Of a DNA stretch of 64,000 nt, positions 38,681-52,660 are shown in pieces; positions within the stretch are counted from its first letter, which is position 1, and the number at the start of each line of letters is the position of its first letter. Source of the DNA: Eledone cirrhosa (lineage: Eukaryota); the NCBI GenBank assembly GCA_964016885.1, contig OZ024741.1:269142001-269206000 (forward strand), in the 5' to 3' direction. The position numbers and the translations under genes were made by a program. The notes under the pieces are model-generated. The model was not told the origin of the DNA. It searched no databases and worked only from the letters and a program-made list of their open reading frames with translations.

Positions 38681-39941
38681 ATATATATAAATATTTTTTC
38701 AAAATCAAAATTGCCAGTCTAACAATTCGACAGCTTATCCAGTTTATTTATATTTTATATTTATTGTTGCACATATTTGAAAATATTGTCAAAATCTGTT
38801 TACCGTGATATATAGAAATGAATAAATTTCACAACATCTAATATATTCCCTATAAAGGCCTTGCTTCCTGATTTAGAAATAAAACCTCCAATATTAAATA
38901 AATATTTACGTCTCTTTTACTCACGTCACACCGCTTCATTCCATTACTCATTTTCTCACTACACTTTTTCACTCTACTCAAAACAAATCTTATGGAAATA
39001 ATCTATATCGTTTTCCACGCTGCCGACTCGCAACCTTACGGGTCGGCGGCGGAACCGCCTCGCCGGCGGGTTGCGTTCGCTCGCGCAATCGACACGGGGG
39101 CAAGTCGGAAACGTTCCAGCCGCATGCGGAGACACGGCCGGAGGGCTGCGTGTCGCAGTACACGCCGCCCCGCCGACTTTTGGCGTCATCTGCGTTCCCA
39201 GGCAGCGACACGGAAGCATACGGGTCGGCAGCGGAACGGGGGCACATCGGAAATTAACCATCCCGAAGACGGCAAGACGGCTAGAGGGCTAGATGGCGGC
39301 GTGTCGAAGCACACGCCGACTCCACGCCGCCATTTGGCGTCGTCTGGATTCCCTCGGCAGCGGCGGACTCGACACGCATCGGAAGCGGACACGCATCAGC
39401 GGCGGAGGCGGCGGGCGGGCGTTGACGTGCAGGTGGGGCGGACGAGAACTAGTCGGTATGTCAACAGCTCGCCGACACCGCATAGGGTAAGCAGGCATGT
39501 ACTCGTCTGGAAAACGGAAGAGACTGAAGCCGCAACGTGTGGCACCCTTGTCCGTTTTCTTCGAGCTCGTCCGATCAGACTTGCCCTATATAATAGACAA
39601 AGCGTTGTCTATCCTTCCGTCTGTCCGCCCGTGTGCCACGCTCTTTTTATATAGAGAAGGGGAGCGCCAAGAGAGAGGTATGTACATAAAGAGAGAAAAA
39701 GGAACGCAGTGTGTTTTCGAGGTCACAGAAAGAGGTAGATAGACGGGAAGTTATGACATCGCCCTTATCTCTATAGAGATAGAGAGAGCACCAAGCGAAA
39801 GAGAGAAAAGGAACGCTATTTGTTTAGAGAGAGAGAGGGGGGTGTAACAGAAAGAGGAGAAGACGACGCCATCCTCATCTAGTTTTTAATAACATTATTC
39901 CCCCTTGTAATAATAACATTAATAACATTATTCCACCGAGG

Positions 39942-40131
39942 GGCGGTGGATTGGCAGTATCGGTAGAAGGTCGGACGCCATGCTTTCCAGCATAGTTACG
40001 TCCCTTTGTGGTCTGAGTTCAAATCCCGCCGAGGTTAACTTTGCCTTTCATCCTTACGGGGTCGATAAAATAGGGTACCAGTAATGCACTGGATAATTGA
40101 TGGCCTTGTGCCAAAAGTAGAAACAATTATT
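39942..40131 (+). mobile_element. Full-length CORE-type SINE
   Basis: A/B boxes and core. Confidence 0.85.
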
Positions 40132-40444
40132 CCTCCTTGTATACAAAGCTATATGATGAGGTCAAGTTTTATTTGCTATTGGTACCACGCAACACAATAT
40201 AAACTGTCCCGTGGCTGCTGGCACTAATAGTCCCCTTCTTACTGGATATCTAATGAAATTAAATATTAAATCTGTAAAAGATGAGAAGAGCCATTCACAA
40301 ACAAGTCAGCGGACAGCAATACCATGAGAGGATACAACTGCAGCCAGTATGTCTGGCTAATGACACAAAAACACAGTGAAACTATCTTTTTAAACCACAC
40401 TAAAATTAGCCGGGTCCAATATCCATAGAAAAATTCATGCAAGC

Positions 40445-40983
40445 ATAGTCCCGTAACTCCTGAGGGAGACGTGGGGGGGGGGGGGGGGGGTCCGTATTGG
40501 CATACGGCGTCCCTTGGCTATTTTTAAACCTGGCTGAGCCAAATCCACTCCAAGTCATAGAAAAATATATAAACCTAAATGTGGACAAGCGTCCCGATGG
40601 AATTACCCTCTTCCCATCCGAAGAAGGTAGAGCCCTCATCTGGGAGGCCACATGCTATGATACGTTCTCCGCCTCCAGCTTAGTCACTTTGGCCACAAAC
40701 ACTGGTAGTGCGGCCCCCAATGCAGAGGAAAGGTGGATAAACAAATACTGGGGATTGTCGGGTCGCCGCCGAGACCTCAGGTGTACCTGAACCCTGTACT
40801 GCCGAGCTCCTCCGCAAGTTAGAAACGTCAGCGGCCCGTCTGAGGAAGGAGCCCCGCGAAGTGGGGTGGCTGTTGCAGTGGGTGTTGCTGGCCATTGTCC
40901 GTAGAAATGCTTTTGCAGTATTGTCCGCGGGACGTAGCCCCAATTACGCTGCCCCAGAGGCCTAGAGCCCATCACCCTCCCCT

Positions 40984-40985
<2 letters not shown>
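40445..40985 (+). mobile_element. Internally deleted CRE-like non-LTR element
   Basis: Head GTCCCGTAACTCCTGAG..(also at 16297, 16735, 36530; - 13150) joined to the RLE motif KRPDGITLFPSEEGRALIWEATCYDTF and WLLQWVLLAIVRRNAFAVLSA. Confidence 0.65.
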
Positions 40986-41022
<37 letters not shown>

Positions 41023-41284
41023 TAAATTTAGTCCTTCATCAGTGATCTGACAACCTTCATTGGTATTTCATCGCTTTAAAGACCATATACCTCCGGTTGG
41101 TGCGAGCAACGGCTCAAGAAAGTCGTTGGGACACGTAAATAAGGGGAACGAGCGAGACTGTAAACAATCAAAGATGGTATTGCAACGAAAAGTGAGGAAG
41201 AAGGAGTCAAGTCCCTGAAATCGATGAACATAAGTTCTGTGAAATCGTGGACGAGAGAGAATAAAGACCATCAAACCTTACTTA

Positions 41285-42258
41285 CTGTCTTTTTAACACC
41301 CCACTCCTCACTGATTAACCTCGATGTCACGTGATTAATTCTTTTGAATTTGCCACCGACCAAGTAGGCAGTGATTTTTTCTATGTCTTGGAATTTAGTC
41401 CACGCTTGCTTTTTCCATCCACTGAATTATTTTTGTATAAGTTCCCGGTGTCCACGCATCGCCTGGTAACTTAGCTGAGAACAGACTCCCTGATGACGAA
41501 ACGGCTTCTCCATGCTTTCCATTTGGAAACCATGTTTATTCCCTTTCAGAAACTAATTAGTTGGAGTGAAATTTTAGTAAGTAAGTTAATTTTTATAATT
41601 TTCTTATTTTACGTCATTCATATAATTGTTCTGCATTCCCTTGCATTGAACCACAAAGTTACAAAGACAAAACCTATATATTTGCTAGCATAGGTATGCA
41701 TCTGTATATATATGTTGGTAGATATACTAATTCTTTATAATTATCTCCAAATTATTTTGTTGAGCAAAAATTTGCCAAAACTGCTACTATAGTTCATAGT
41801 AATGGCTCGGCTACTGTCTTTTTAACACCCCACTCCTCACTGATTAACCTCGATGTCACGTGATTGATTCTTTTGATATTGCCACCCACCAAGTAGGCAG
41901 TGATTTTTTCAATGTCTTGGAATTTAGTCCACGCTTGCTTTTTTCCATCCACTGAATTATTTTTGTATAAGTTCCCTGTGTCCACGCATCGCCTGGTAAC
42001 TTAGCTGAGAACAGACTTCCTGATGACGAAACGGCTTCTCCATGCTTTCCATTTGGAAACCATGTTTATTCCTTTTCAGAAACTAATTAGTTGGAGTGAA
42101 ATTTTAGTAAGTTAATTTTTATAATTTTCTTATTTTACGTCTTTCATATAATTGTTCTGCATCCCCTTGCATTGAACCACAATGTTACTAAGACAAAACC
42201 TATATATTTGCTAGCATAGGTATGCATCTGTATATATATGTTGGTAGATATACTAATT

Positions 42259-42265
<7 letters not shown>
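41285..42265. repeat. Tandem duplication of a ~530-bp unit
   Basis: 41285-41810 is repeated at 41812-42265 with high identity. Confidence 0.9.
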
Positions 42266-42296
<31 letters not shown>

Positions 42297-42942
42297 CGAG
42301 AGAGAGAGAGAGAGAAAGATGAAATCGAAAATGCAACTGGAGTCTTATTTTTAAAAAAAATATATATATTTATTTGGTTCCTGTACCGATTTCGCAGTTC
42401 TTCTGCTTTTCAAAAGTAGAGTTGAGATGGAGGGTCTGTGGTTCTTCTCACATCTGGTTGGTCTCTGAATGTTACTTGTTTTATATGGAAAAAGTGGCTC
42501 GAAATGCCACGTTTTTCGATAAGTAATTTGATTGGTTGGTCAATAATTTTAATAAATTTCGCGCCAGTTCGCTTTAGAAAGTTCTTCAAACAAGGTGGGG
42601 GGAGGGGGGGTCACAGGTTGTTTTTTCATATTTGAATTTCTTTTTACTTAAAAAAAAGGGGGCTCCACGAAGGCTTTTTTTAAGATAAACGTAATTTGAT
42701 TGGTTATAAATGAAATTATGGCTGTCACGTGAACAAGTTTTCATTAAATTTTCGCGCCCTTATTTGGAAATCTATTCTGTAGCCTTTTTAGAGAATTTTA
42801 TGATAAGTAAAATATAATGGTCAAGAGAAATTGGATGGGAGAATTGTTCTGGTTCAGTGAATATGGTTAGTTCGCTAGGATGTCAGAATTCAGATTTTCT
42901 ATTGAATAAAGAAAGTAAAGATATGTATGTTTATTTGTGTGC

Positions 42943-43046
<104 letters not shown>

Positions 43047-43143
43047 CTGGTTTAATTGTTTTTTTTGTGTGGTTGATTATGGTGATTGGGAGAGGAGATG
43101 GTGTATATATCTTATCAAATGATTCTATGGACATACGTTATTG

Positions 43144-43225
<82 letters not shown>

Positions 43226-43344
43226 GAGAGAGTGGGGTAGAACACTGGAAGGTAATATCCGTAGTGGTAGAGCACTCAGTCCAAAAGCCGAGTTTGGTAG
43301 AAGTAGTAACACAACAGTTAGTTCACCATACTGTTGTGTTACTA

Positions 43345-43411
<67 letters not shown>

Positions 43412-43604
43412 CCCTTTTTGACTTTTCCTGACCATTCTCTCTTATTTTACCACCCTGGACCTTTACCACGTACTTTCAACAACAAAATATATTTATATAT
43501 TTATATTTATATATTTTTAATGCTCTGTTCTATAAATAGAGCACTCGTTTTTTCCTTTGCTTTCTCTTCGGAATCACCTAACAAATATATTTATATACAT
43601 ATTC

Positions 43605-43667
<63 letters not shown>

Positions 43668-43671
<4 letters not shown>

Positions 43672-44585
43672 AATTAATATCTAGTAACATATATATACAT
43701 ACAGATGCATATCAATGCTAGCAAATATATAGGTTTTGTCTTAGTAACTTTGTGGTTCAATGCATGGGGTTGCAGAAGAATAATATGAGAGACGTAAAAT
43801 AAGAAAATTATAAAATTAACTTACTTACTAAAATTTCACTCCCAACTAATTAGTTTCTGAAATGGAATAAATATACTTTCCGAAGAAAATATAGTGAATC
43901 ATTTCGTCGTCAGGGAAGACTATTCTCAGCTTATTATCCAGGCAAAGCGTGGACTGTGGAAACTTATTCAAAAATAATTCAGTGGATAGAAAATAGCAAA
44001 GCGTGGACTGAATTCCTAGCCAATGAGAAAATCACTGCCTCTGCGTCGGTGGAAAATTCAAAAAGAATCAATCACGTGACATCGAGGTCAATCAGTGGAA
44101 AGTGGTTTGTTGACAAAACCTATATATTTGCTAGCATTGATATGCATCTGTATGTATATATATGTTACTAGATATTAATTCTTTATAATTATCTCCAAAT
44201 TATTTGTCGAGCAATATTGGCCAAGACTGCTGCTATGGTAGCAGGCAGGCCGCTGTCTTCTTAACAAACCACTTTCCACTGATTGACCTCGATGTCACGT
44301 GATTGATTCTTTTTGAATTTGCCACTGACGCAGAGGCAGTGATTTTCTCAATGGCTAGGAATTCAGTCCACGCTTTGCTATTTTCTATCCACTGAATTAT
44401 TTTTGAATAAGTTTCCAGAGTCCACGCTTTGCCTGGATACTTAGATGAGAATAATCTTCCCTGACGACGAAATGATTCACTATATTTTCTTCGGAAAGTA
44501 TATTTATTCCATTTCAGAAACTAATTAGTTGGAAGTGAAATTTTAGGAAGTTAATTTTATAATTTTCTTATTTTACGTCTCTCAT
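43668..44585. repeat. Inverted-repeat arrangement of a diverged subfamily of the 530-bp unit, in (TA)n
   Basis: ~43782-44110 is inverted to ~44263-44585; 43668-43740 is inverted to 44113-44185. Confidence 0.85.
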
Positions 44586-45039
44586 ATATATATATATGTG
44601 TGTTTTATATTTTACTCTTAATAATTCGGCCGGAGAATTATATTCCCATTTGCCCTTTATAGCATAACTTTCTGCATTTACTGCGGTTATGAGAAGCGGT
44701 TCTTATTCGGGTACAACTTCTGATTTAGCCTAAGAAAATATCTATATGCATGTGTAATTTATACAAGCATACATTTATTTTTTAATTTTCAATTGAGTTC
44801 TTAAACACGTTGGATTGATAATGTTTTCAAAAAAACTAATTAACCCGCGTGTATATTATTTTTTTCCTCATTTCGTGAGTTGTCCCTCCTTCCCGCTTCG
44901 TGTCGCTATGATACTTCCTCAGTCAAAAACTGCTGGAATTTCAAATTTGGCGGTCATTCGAGGCGAGAGAGAGCTACTTTACGGACATGATTTTTGACAG
45001 CGGTAAGAAATTGTTTTCTTATATCAATGTTTAATGGGC

Positions 45040-45165
45040 TTCCACTGATGATTTATAAGTGCCCACCTAAATATATTCTTACATGAATATATATTAGGCT
45101 TCTACATAAACTGGAAACATTCTCCCAAACTTGTAGAAAACTTATAATGAAACAATTGTTTGGAA
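45040..45165 (+). ncRNA. Type I hammerhead ribozyme with ~80-nt helix II insert
   Basis: TTCCA-CTGATGA-T-TTATAAGT...ACTTATAA-T-GAAACAATTGTT-TGGAA; GTT site. Confidence 0.75.
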
Positions 45166-45347
45166 AGAGAGATATACTTTAACTTTAATTATATCTCATA
45201 AAATAATACAACTGGTTTTTCCACATTATACATATTGTTAGCACCCCAAACACTTAAATTGGGTTTATATTTTAATATAACCTAATGTTTGTTGAGTGAG
45301 ATGGTTACCAGTCAGAGTTTAGCTTTAAACTATCTCTGTTATTGTAT

Positions 45348-45411
<64 letters not shown>

Positions 45412-45944
45412 CAAGGGAGTGTAAATATATATATATTTTATATTAAATGTATATATATGTATATATATGTATATATATGTATATATATATATATATATAA
45501 TCAAGGGAGTGTAAACACAGAAAATATCTTTAAAAATAATAATAACTACATTATTATTATTTTTAAAGATATTTTCTGTGTTTACACACCCTTGATTTTA
45601 TATATTCTGGCTTGTTAATTTATGAACTTGCCAATGAACCACACTGGCATACGGTCGGACTATACTTGTATCCCTGTGTGTATTAATTACATGTAGGCAC
45701 ACATAAATTTATATATAGTAGTAATAATAATAATTATATATATAGTAGTAATAATTGTTTCTACTTTAGGCACAAGGCCAGCAATTACCCAGTCCATTAC
45801 TGGTACTTTATTTTATCGACCCTGTAAGGATGAAAGGCAAAGTCAATATATAGTAGTAATAATAATAATAAATTTGAAGACTCTAATCCAAAGTGGGCTC
45901 GATAAGGATAAATATATATCAAATATATAAGAACCGTAGAGCAA

Positions 45945-46890
45945 ATATTTATTAAAATAACAGATTAAAGTTTAAGCAAAGAATCGCTGCTTTCACCCTT
46001 AACGGGATCTTCTGAAACTAAAAAATCAATCTGTGAACGCAGAAGTAAATATTTCGAAAAACGTTGCAACCGAAGGAAGACAGAAAGACGTTATTTGGTT
46101 CGTGGAAACGTTCCCTGGCAAAGAACGAAAAAAAAAAACGAAGATTATACGTCATTATGTGGAGCGGGGAAAACAATTACACGCAAAGAGAAAACCACGT
46201 TTATGGTATAACTGAAGTCGTAGACTAAAATTCTATTTAGGAAACCGAATGATTCTCGGCTTCAGAGTTAAGAATAATGTAAATAAATTACAGAGGTTAT
46301 TGAAATCAACAATAATTAAATATATACATGCACGCATCCAAATACGTACATACATACGCGAAAACACCCGCCATGGGTATCCAAATGCAGACAAGTACAC
46401 AAAAACCCGCAACACATACAAAAACCCACGCAACGCCTGTACCCGGGCACATACGAACGTATACACCAAATACACATAAAACATATATAAAAAAAATAAT
46501 ATATAAAAAAATATATATATGCGTGTGTGTGTGTGCGTATAATTATATAAACGTATATAATTATATAAACGTATATAAATATACACACATAAATACGTAT
46601 ATAACGCGCGCACACACACACCCACATCTAAATACACACGTGTTCGCTAAACGTACGCCAACCAAAACACAAAGTACACACACCCTACATACGTGCAAAC
46701 CCGCATACACACACAAACGCAAACCTCACGTATACAAATAACCATATACACATGTACCAGTATATATAATATAATATATATGCCTATAACAAATACAAGC
46801 AAATATACGTTCGAGAAAGTATACGTACCTTCACAAAACATACAGGTAATATATACTTAGCTATACAAATAATTAATGGTATAAACATTA
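45945..46890 (-). mobile_element. Solo 3' UTR/pLTR of the Penelope-like element at 55810-58290
   Basis: Reverse complement aligns by eye with 57365-58290; contains the same variant hammerhead at 45969-46019. Confidence 0.85.
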
Positions 46891-46922
46891 TACATACATA
46901 CATACATACATACATACATACA

Positions 46923-46958
<36 letters not shown>

Positions 46959-47239
46959 TATAAATAAAAAGTGTAGAAATTATTGTAGCAAGAAGCCAAC
47001 AGTATTCCATATAAGAGAGTATTGAAGTCTGCTTGAAGCATTGTGGATAATAAGATAAATTTCTTTAAGTCGTTTGGAAGCCTCGACAATGCAGATGGGT
47101 AAATCTCCGGGTAACAAAATCCGGTGGTGGAGAGAGAGATGTAAGTGGGTGTACGTTGAGATGCGTGGCGTGTAGAAGACTGTAGCGTGTAGAAGAATGT
47201 AGGAAAAAGCGTAAAGGATAAAAACAAAAATAAAAACAC

Positions 47240-47893
47240 GAAATAGAGTTACCTTGGGATAGATTTAATTGTCCCTATATATTTCGGATTCACATCCATC
47301 AAATGGGTTTTTTTCCAGGGGGTGGGGAAGGTTGTCTGTCGGAAAGGTGCGAAACGTGTCCTCCGCTGTTCGTTGTTTTGGATATCTGAGGTATTCAGTA
47401 GAGCGCGCGTGCGCGTGAAATAGGGTCGGTCAAGCAGAGGTCAGCGGCCGAACTAATTCTTTCAATTGTGGGAGTGGGGTGGCGCTAGCTGTCAGTCCAT
47501 AGTATTCTCTGCCTGTTTGGCGAATGTTACTGTGTGTGTGTGTGCGTGTGTTGCTGTCTCGCTTGTGTATGCGTGTGTTGCTGCATCGTTTGTTAAGTTA
47601 AACCAACCACCTCTTTTCGCTTCTCTCGGAGCGGTTGTTTAATTGTGGCCCCAGGCGTTTGATCCAAAGTGCTTCCTTGATACGTAATGTGCCGACGTTT
47701 CTTTCTGTCGCTGGAATTGTGACAATGGGCCTTCCGTCTTTGTTTCCGCATTTGGCTATGTGTTTCCGGAAAGACTAGGCCCTGGTGTTAGTGTGCTCCT
47801 TGATCCGGATGTGCAGCGGCCGGATTGTGCTACCTATATAGTATTGGTTGCACTTGTTACATTCTATCTTATACACGACGTATGTGCGTAGGC
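47240..47893 (-). mobile_element. Penelope-like element 3' fragment (GIY-YIG endonuclease)
   Basis: YVVYKIECNKCNQYYIGSTIRPLHIRIKEH..LRIKEALWIKRLGPQLN; starts at a (TA)n tract. Confidence 0.8.
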
Positions 47894-47898
47894 AATAT

Positions 47899-47932
<34 letters not shown>

Positions 47933-48093
47933 TTGGCTGTATTGTGCTGTGCTTTCTAGCAAAAAAGCCACCAGCCGTAAGCAACTACCACACCCCTTCC
48001 AACCTGACCGCTACTACGTCACGATTCTTAGCCATTTTGAATGAATTCTTGGCGCGATCACTTTGGAAAATTTAGTGTCTAGATCAGAGCAAA

Positions 48094-48178
48094 TCTCCTG
48101 ATGAATCCGATGCTCGAGTTACATAATTATTACATAATTATTGTAAATCTCAAAATGCGTACGAAACCATGGTAGAGG
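48094..48178 (+). ncRNA. Hammerhead motif with decayed helix II
   Basis: TCTC-CTGATGA...GAAACCATGGTA-GAGG; palindromic helix III ACCATGGT. Confidence 0.55.
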
Positions 48179-48556
48179 TATTTAAATGTATTCTATTTTC
48201 TCCTAGTTTATTTTACACATAATTCTGTTTAATTAACTGTATCTGGGCGATTACGCTGTCGAAATATTCGATAAATATTCCGTTGCGGCCGACGCGAAGG
48301 GCTAGTTTCGGTTATTTGTTGGAGATTTCTTCATAGAAGCCTCATTCTTATAGCCTGGTCTATTCGATTTTTCATATAGTTAATTATGCTAATTGGGAGA
48401 GTAAATGGTATATATTTTATCTTGTGATTCGATAGACATGTTTTATGATATATAGCTCTGATTATTTAATTTATTAAATTTTCATTGAACCACAAAGTGA
48501 CCCGTTGCAAAACACATATATGTATGTATGTATATATATATATATATATATGTAAA

Positions 48557-48610
<54 letters not shown>

Positions 48611-48768
48611 TTGGTGCTCTGAAATAGCGATGTATACATGAATGTATGCATAGTATATTTGGCAATATACCGTATGTTTAATTAAAAACATTTTGAAGAC
48701 CTTGCGCTATCATTTTAAAGTAGTGACTATGTCACTTACTTCTTTTTTCGGCAAAGGAAGGGAGAGAA

Positions 48769-48809
48769 GCTGACAGATCCTGTTTCACACTGTTGGTGTT
48801 CCTCAGAGC
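48769..48809 (-). ncRNA. Type I hammerhead ribozyme (left arm of IR)
   Basis: Reverse complement of 49145-49185. Confidence 0.8.
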
Positions 48810-49144
48810 AACGTACTCCCTGCCTTGCCGAAAATTATAGAGGCTGGTTTCTATATTTTTTATATGTGGTTGTGTGTGTATTTATGTGTGTTATGTGTGT
48901 GTGTTCGCGTATGTATGCTGTTGCAGACTAGTGTGTCTATACACTTGGGTCTGTGCCATATATACAGATATATGTATATATGCATGTATATGTATATATG
49001 TATGTATATGATATATGTGAGTGTATATGTATTTTTATATGTCTGTATGTATGTTTTTATTTGTTTTTATATGTGTGTGCGCAACCACAAATAAAAAATA
49101 TAGAAACCAGCCTCTATAATTTTCGGCAAGGCAGGGAGTACGTT

Positions 49145-49185
49145 GCTCTGAGGAACACCAACAGTGTGAAACAGGATCTGTCAGC
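49145..49185 (+). ncRNA. Type I hammerhead ribozyme (GUC site)
   Basis: GCT-CTGAGGA-ACAC-CAACA-GTGT-GAAACAG-GAT-CTGTC-AGC; predicted cleavage after 49182. Confidence 0.8.
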
Positions 49186-50017
49186 TTCTCTCCCTTCCTT
49201 TGCCGAAAAAAGAAGTAAGTGACATAGTCACTACTTTAAAATGATAGCGCAAGGTCTTCAAAATGTTTTTAATTAAACATACGGTATATTGCCAAATATA
49301 CTATGCATACATTCATGTATACATCGCTATTTCAGAGCACCAATCCTTATATATATATATACACATATATTTATATATATATATATATATATGGTGGCTG
49401 CCAACTCGTTTTCGAGTACGGCCACTACTTTATATCCATGTAGGAGAACCCCTACCGATGCGCTGAACAAGTGACTTTTTAGTCCAGCCAGCGACTTGAA
49501 AACTTTGGTACAAACACTACACTTGTGACATTTATTGACACATAGTGCTGGGCCCATGGTACCATGTGATGACAAGTGCAGAGAGATCTCCAGATACAAA
49601 GCAATGCCTGTGCCGTGAAGCTTTTATAGTGAGCAAAGGCACTGCACAAAGCCAGTCCCACTCTCTTAACCAAGATGATATTTACCAAAAAGAAGAACAA
49701 GTCAACATCATTGGATACCATCAGGGTTGCAGGTGTTATATCAGAGTTTTCCTTCTCCTAGAATTCTGCCTTGACAAAGGCTAATGGTTCATCTCTCCCG
49801 GTGATTTTGGATGGCCATTGACTCTTAAGAGCTCCTTTGCCCTTTGACAGGTTTTGTTTTTAGTCCTGCAGGATGTCCAAAGTCACCCTCCTCACCAAGA
49901 AACCTTGGTGGGGTTGCCAGTTTAGTCGCCAACGACCCGACCATGGGACAGGTTGTACTGGGATACATGTTACCAGTAGCACCAAGTGGTGACCTGACAC
50001 AATATATATATATATAT

Positions 50018-50144
<127 letters not shown>

Positions 50145-50684
50145 TATATGTATATATATAAATAAAGATTCGTATATATATATATATATATATATTTATG
50201 TGTGTATATATATACATGTATGGTGAACATCCAGGATTTGACTACTGTGATTTACCTTATTAAAATGGTGAAATATATTTCTTTATTTAATGAAATATAT
50301 ACAAAGGAGATTAATCATTTTAAAAGGTATCTATATTTGAAGTTCTAGTTAAACTTTAATTAGTTACCTACCTAGCTATGTGTGCTTACAGACTTTACAA
50401 ATTATTTCCTGTGATTGTTTCATATGTTTATTTTATATATAGATATATGTCAATCAATTTCTAGTTGATATAAAATGCTCAGATCTATTCATTGGAATCT
50501 TTGAGCATATTCTGCAGTGGATATGGCGCATGTCTTTCAGACATGACACCCTTAATTTAATTTTGGATATATATATATATATATATACTCATACTGACAT
50601 AGTAGTTCTTTTGCTAAAATATGTTAAACCAGAGAAAGAGACAGAAAGAGAGGGAGAGAATGAAAGAGTGATTGAGATAGAGGT

Positions 50685-50870
50685 AATTGTTTCTACTTTT
50701 TGGCACAAGGCCAGCAATTACCCAGTGCATTACTGGTACTTTATTTTATCGACCCCGTTAGGATGAAAGGCAAAGTTAACCTCGGCGGGATTTGAACTCA
50801 GACCGTAAAGGGACGTAACTACGGTGGAAAGCATGTCCGACCCTCTACCGATACTGCCAATTCACCGCCC
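50685..50870 (-). mobile_element. CORE-type SINE
   Basis: Reverse complement of the family sequence. Confidence 0.82.
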
Positions 50871-50889
50871 CTATTGAGATAGAGATAAT

Positions 50890-51067
<178 letters not shown>

Positions 51068-51705
51068 GAACTACTTAAGGCTATCATTAAATCGAAGATG
51101 TAAGACAACTTCTGTTAGTGGATCAATATCTCGGTCTAATGCAAATGCTCCCTACAAATACTTTTGATGGTGAAAACCTTTTGCACTGGCGTGCCAACGG
51201 TTGAAACGACAGGAATAATTAATTGCCCTAACCAGCACTGCATAAAAGCACAAACTTTTATATTTGCATTGATTCTCAGAAAACGGATGCTATGTTACAT
51301 AACGGAAGTTTCATTCGGTTCTTCTGAAGACAAACTGTAGACTGTAAACTGTAAAGTGTAAACTGAATACGGTGGCATTACAATGGTATCCTTCTTTGAA
51401 CAGTCTTTCGCTAATGTTTAACTGTGAAAATTAAATTCCAAAATACAGGCTCCAGAAATCGATCATATAGAGATGATATCTACTCATTTAAAGAAAGATA
51501 AAGTAGGTAGAGAGGTTCCACTAAACGCAATTTCTTTAATTAAAAGTCTCCAAAAGAGATGAATACTCTTCTCCTTTTATCTCTTCACGTTTTTGTAACA
51601 TAATTAGTGATGGTTTTATGATTGGATGTTGTGTTTCTGTTTAATGTCAACTTTGCTAACATGTTTGTCTAGTCAAGCAGTTGATACACTAGACTGTATG
51701 TGTAA

Positions 51706-52660
51706 TACGAAGGTTTGGCTAAATAGTTTATAGGCTGACTATGAAGGAGTGACGCTAGAGCTATGAAATCTTGCAGACATTAATTTCAATTCTTCTTACT
51801 AATAACTGCATTGTTTCATTCCAATGACTATGTTGAAAAATAAACCTCATTTGGTCATTCCAAGAGAGTATCTTGGTCAGCCTATGAACTTTTCAGCTGA
51901 CACTCCTATATGTATACGTATATATATATCGTGTTTAATATAGAAATGGCTTCTACGGGACTAGAAATGTTTCATTCAAAAGAAACAGTTCTAGTCCTGT
52001 AGAAGCCATTTCTATATTAAATATGATGTTTACACTCTACTAATGTATTGAGTACCTTACTAACTGTGGTTACTCCCACTTCCTCCCGTTTGGCTAGTAG
52101 TGGGTTCTCTTCTTGTTCACATCTCACTCACGTCGGACGGTCTGTATCTTGATCGCTCATGAAATCCACTAGCTTATGCTGACCGGATAACCATGCTGCT
52201 TGTTTATTCCCATCTTTGCATTGCTTTCATCCTTCTATGTTGTTTACTTGTCTCACTCGCTTTACGCTATTTACTTGTCCCAATAGCTTTTTTAAGTTAT
52301 TGCTCGCACCAACCTGAGGTATATGATTTTTAATGCGATGAAATATCAATGATGGTTGGCAAATCACTGACGAAGGACTAATTTTATCATATGTAACCCA
52401 TGTGCAACCACGTAATATTCTTCTTTCTTCTCATGTTTTTTATATATATATATACACACAAGGGTGGGCTGAAAAGTTCATAGTCTGACTATGAAGGAGT
52501 GATGTTAGAGCTGTGAAATCTTGCATGCATTAATTTTCCCCTTTTTTAATGAATAAATGTATTGTTTCTTTTCAAGGACTATGTTGAAAAATAAACCTCA
52601 TTTGGTCATTCCATGAGAGTATCTTGGTCAGCCTACGTACTTTTCTGCCGACCCTCGTAT
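51706..52660. mobile_element. Two ~200-bp mariner-like MITEs (51706-51909, 52457-52659)
   Basis: TIR consensus CGAGGGTCGGCTGAAAAGTTCATAGGCTGAC, TA flanks, shared interior. Confidence 0.75.

Larger units (their letters stand above)
48611..49344. repeat. Near-perfect ~253-bp inverted repeat (48611-48863 / 49091-49344) between (TA)n tracts
   Basis: Arms are reverse complements with no difference seen by eye. Confidence 0.92.

Noticed and set aside
38992-39654. 220-aa Arg-rich ORF as a host gene
   Set aside because: Overlapping ORFs in several frames reflect high GC; no recognisable domain.
45945-47893. One chimeric PLE sharing a 3' UTR between two GIY-YIG clades
   Set aside because: Homology to 57365-58290 stops at a (CATA)n tract at ~46890, so these are separate adjacent insertions.
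48280-48306. Helitron 3' end (hairpin + CTAG|T)
   Set aside because: Hairpin is imperfect, no matching 5' end was found, and it falls at the edge of another repeat (paralog 13680-13940).
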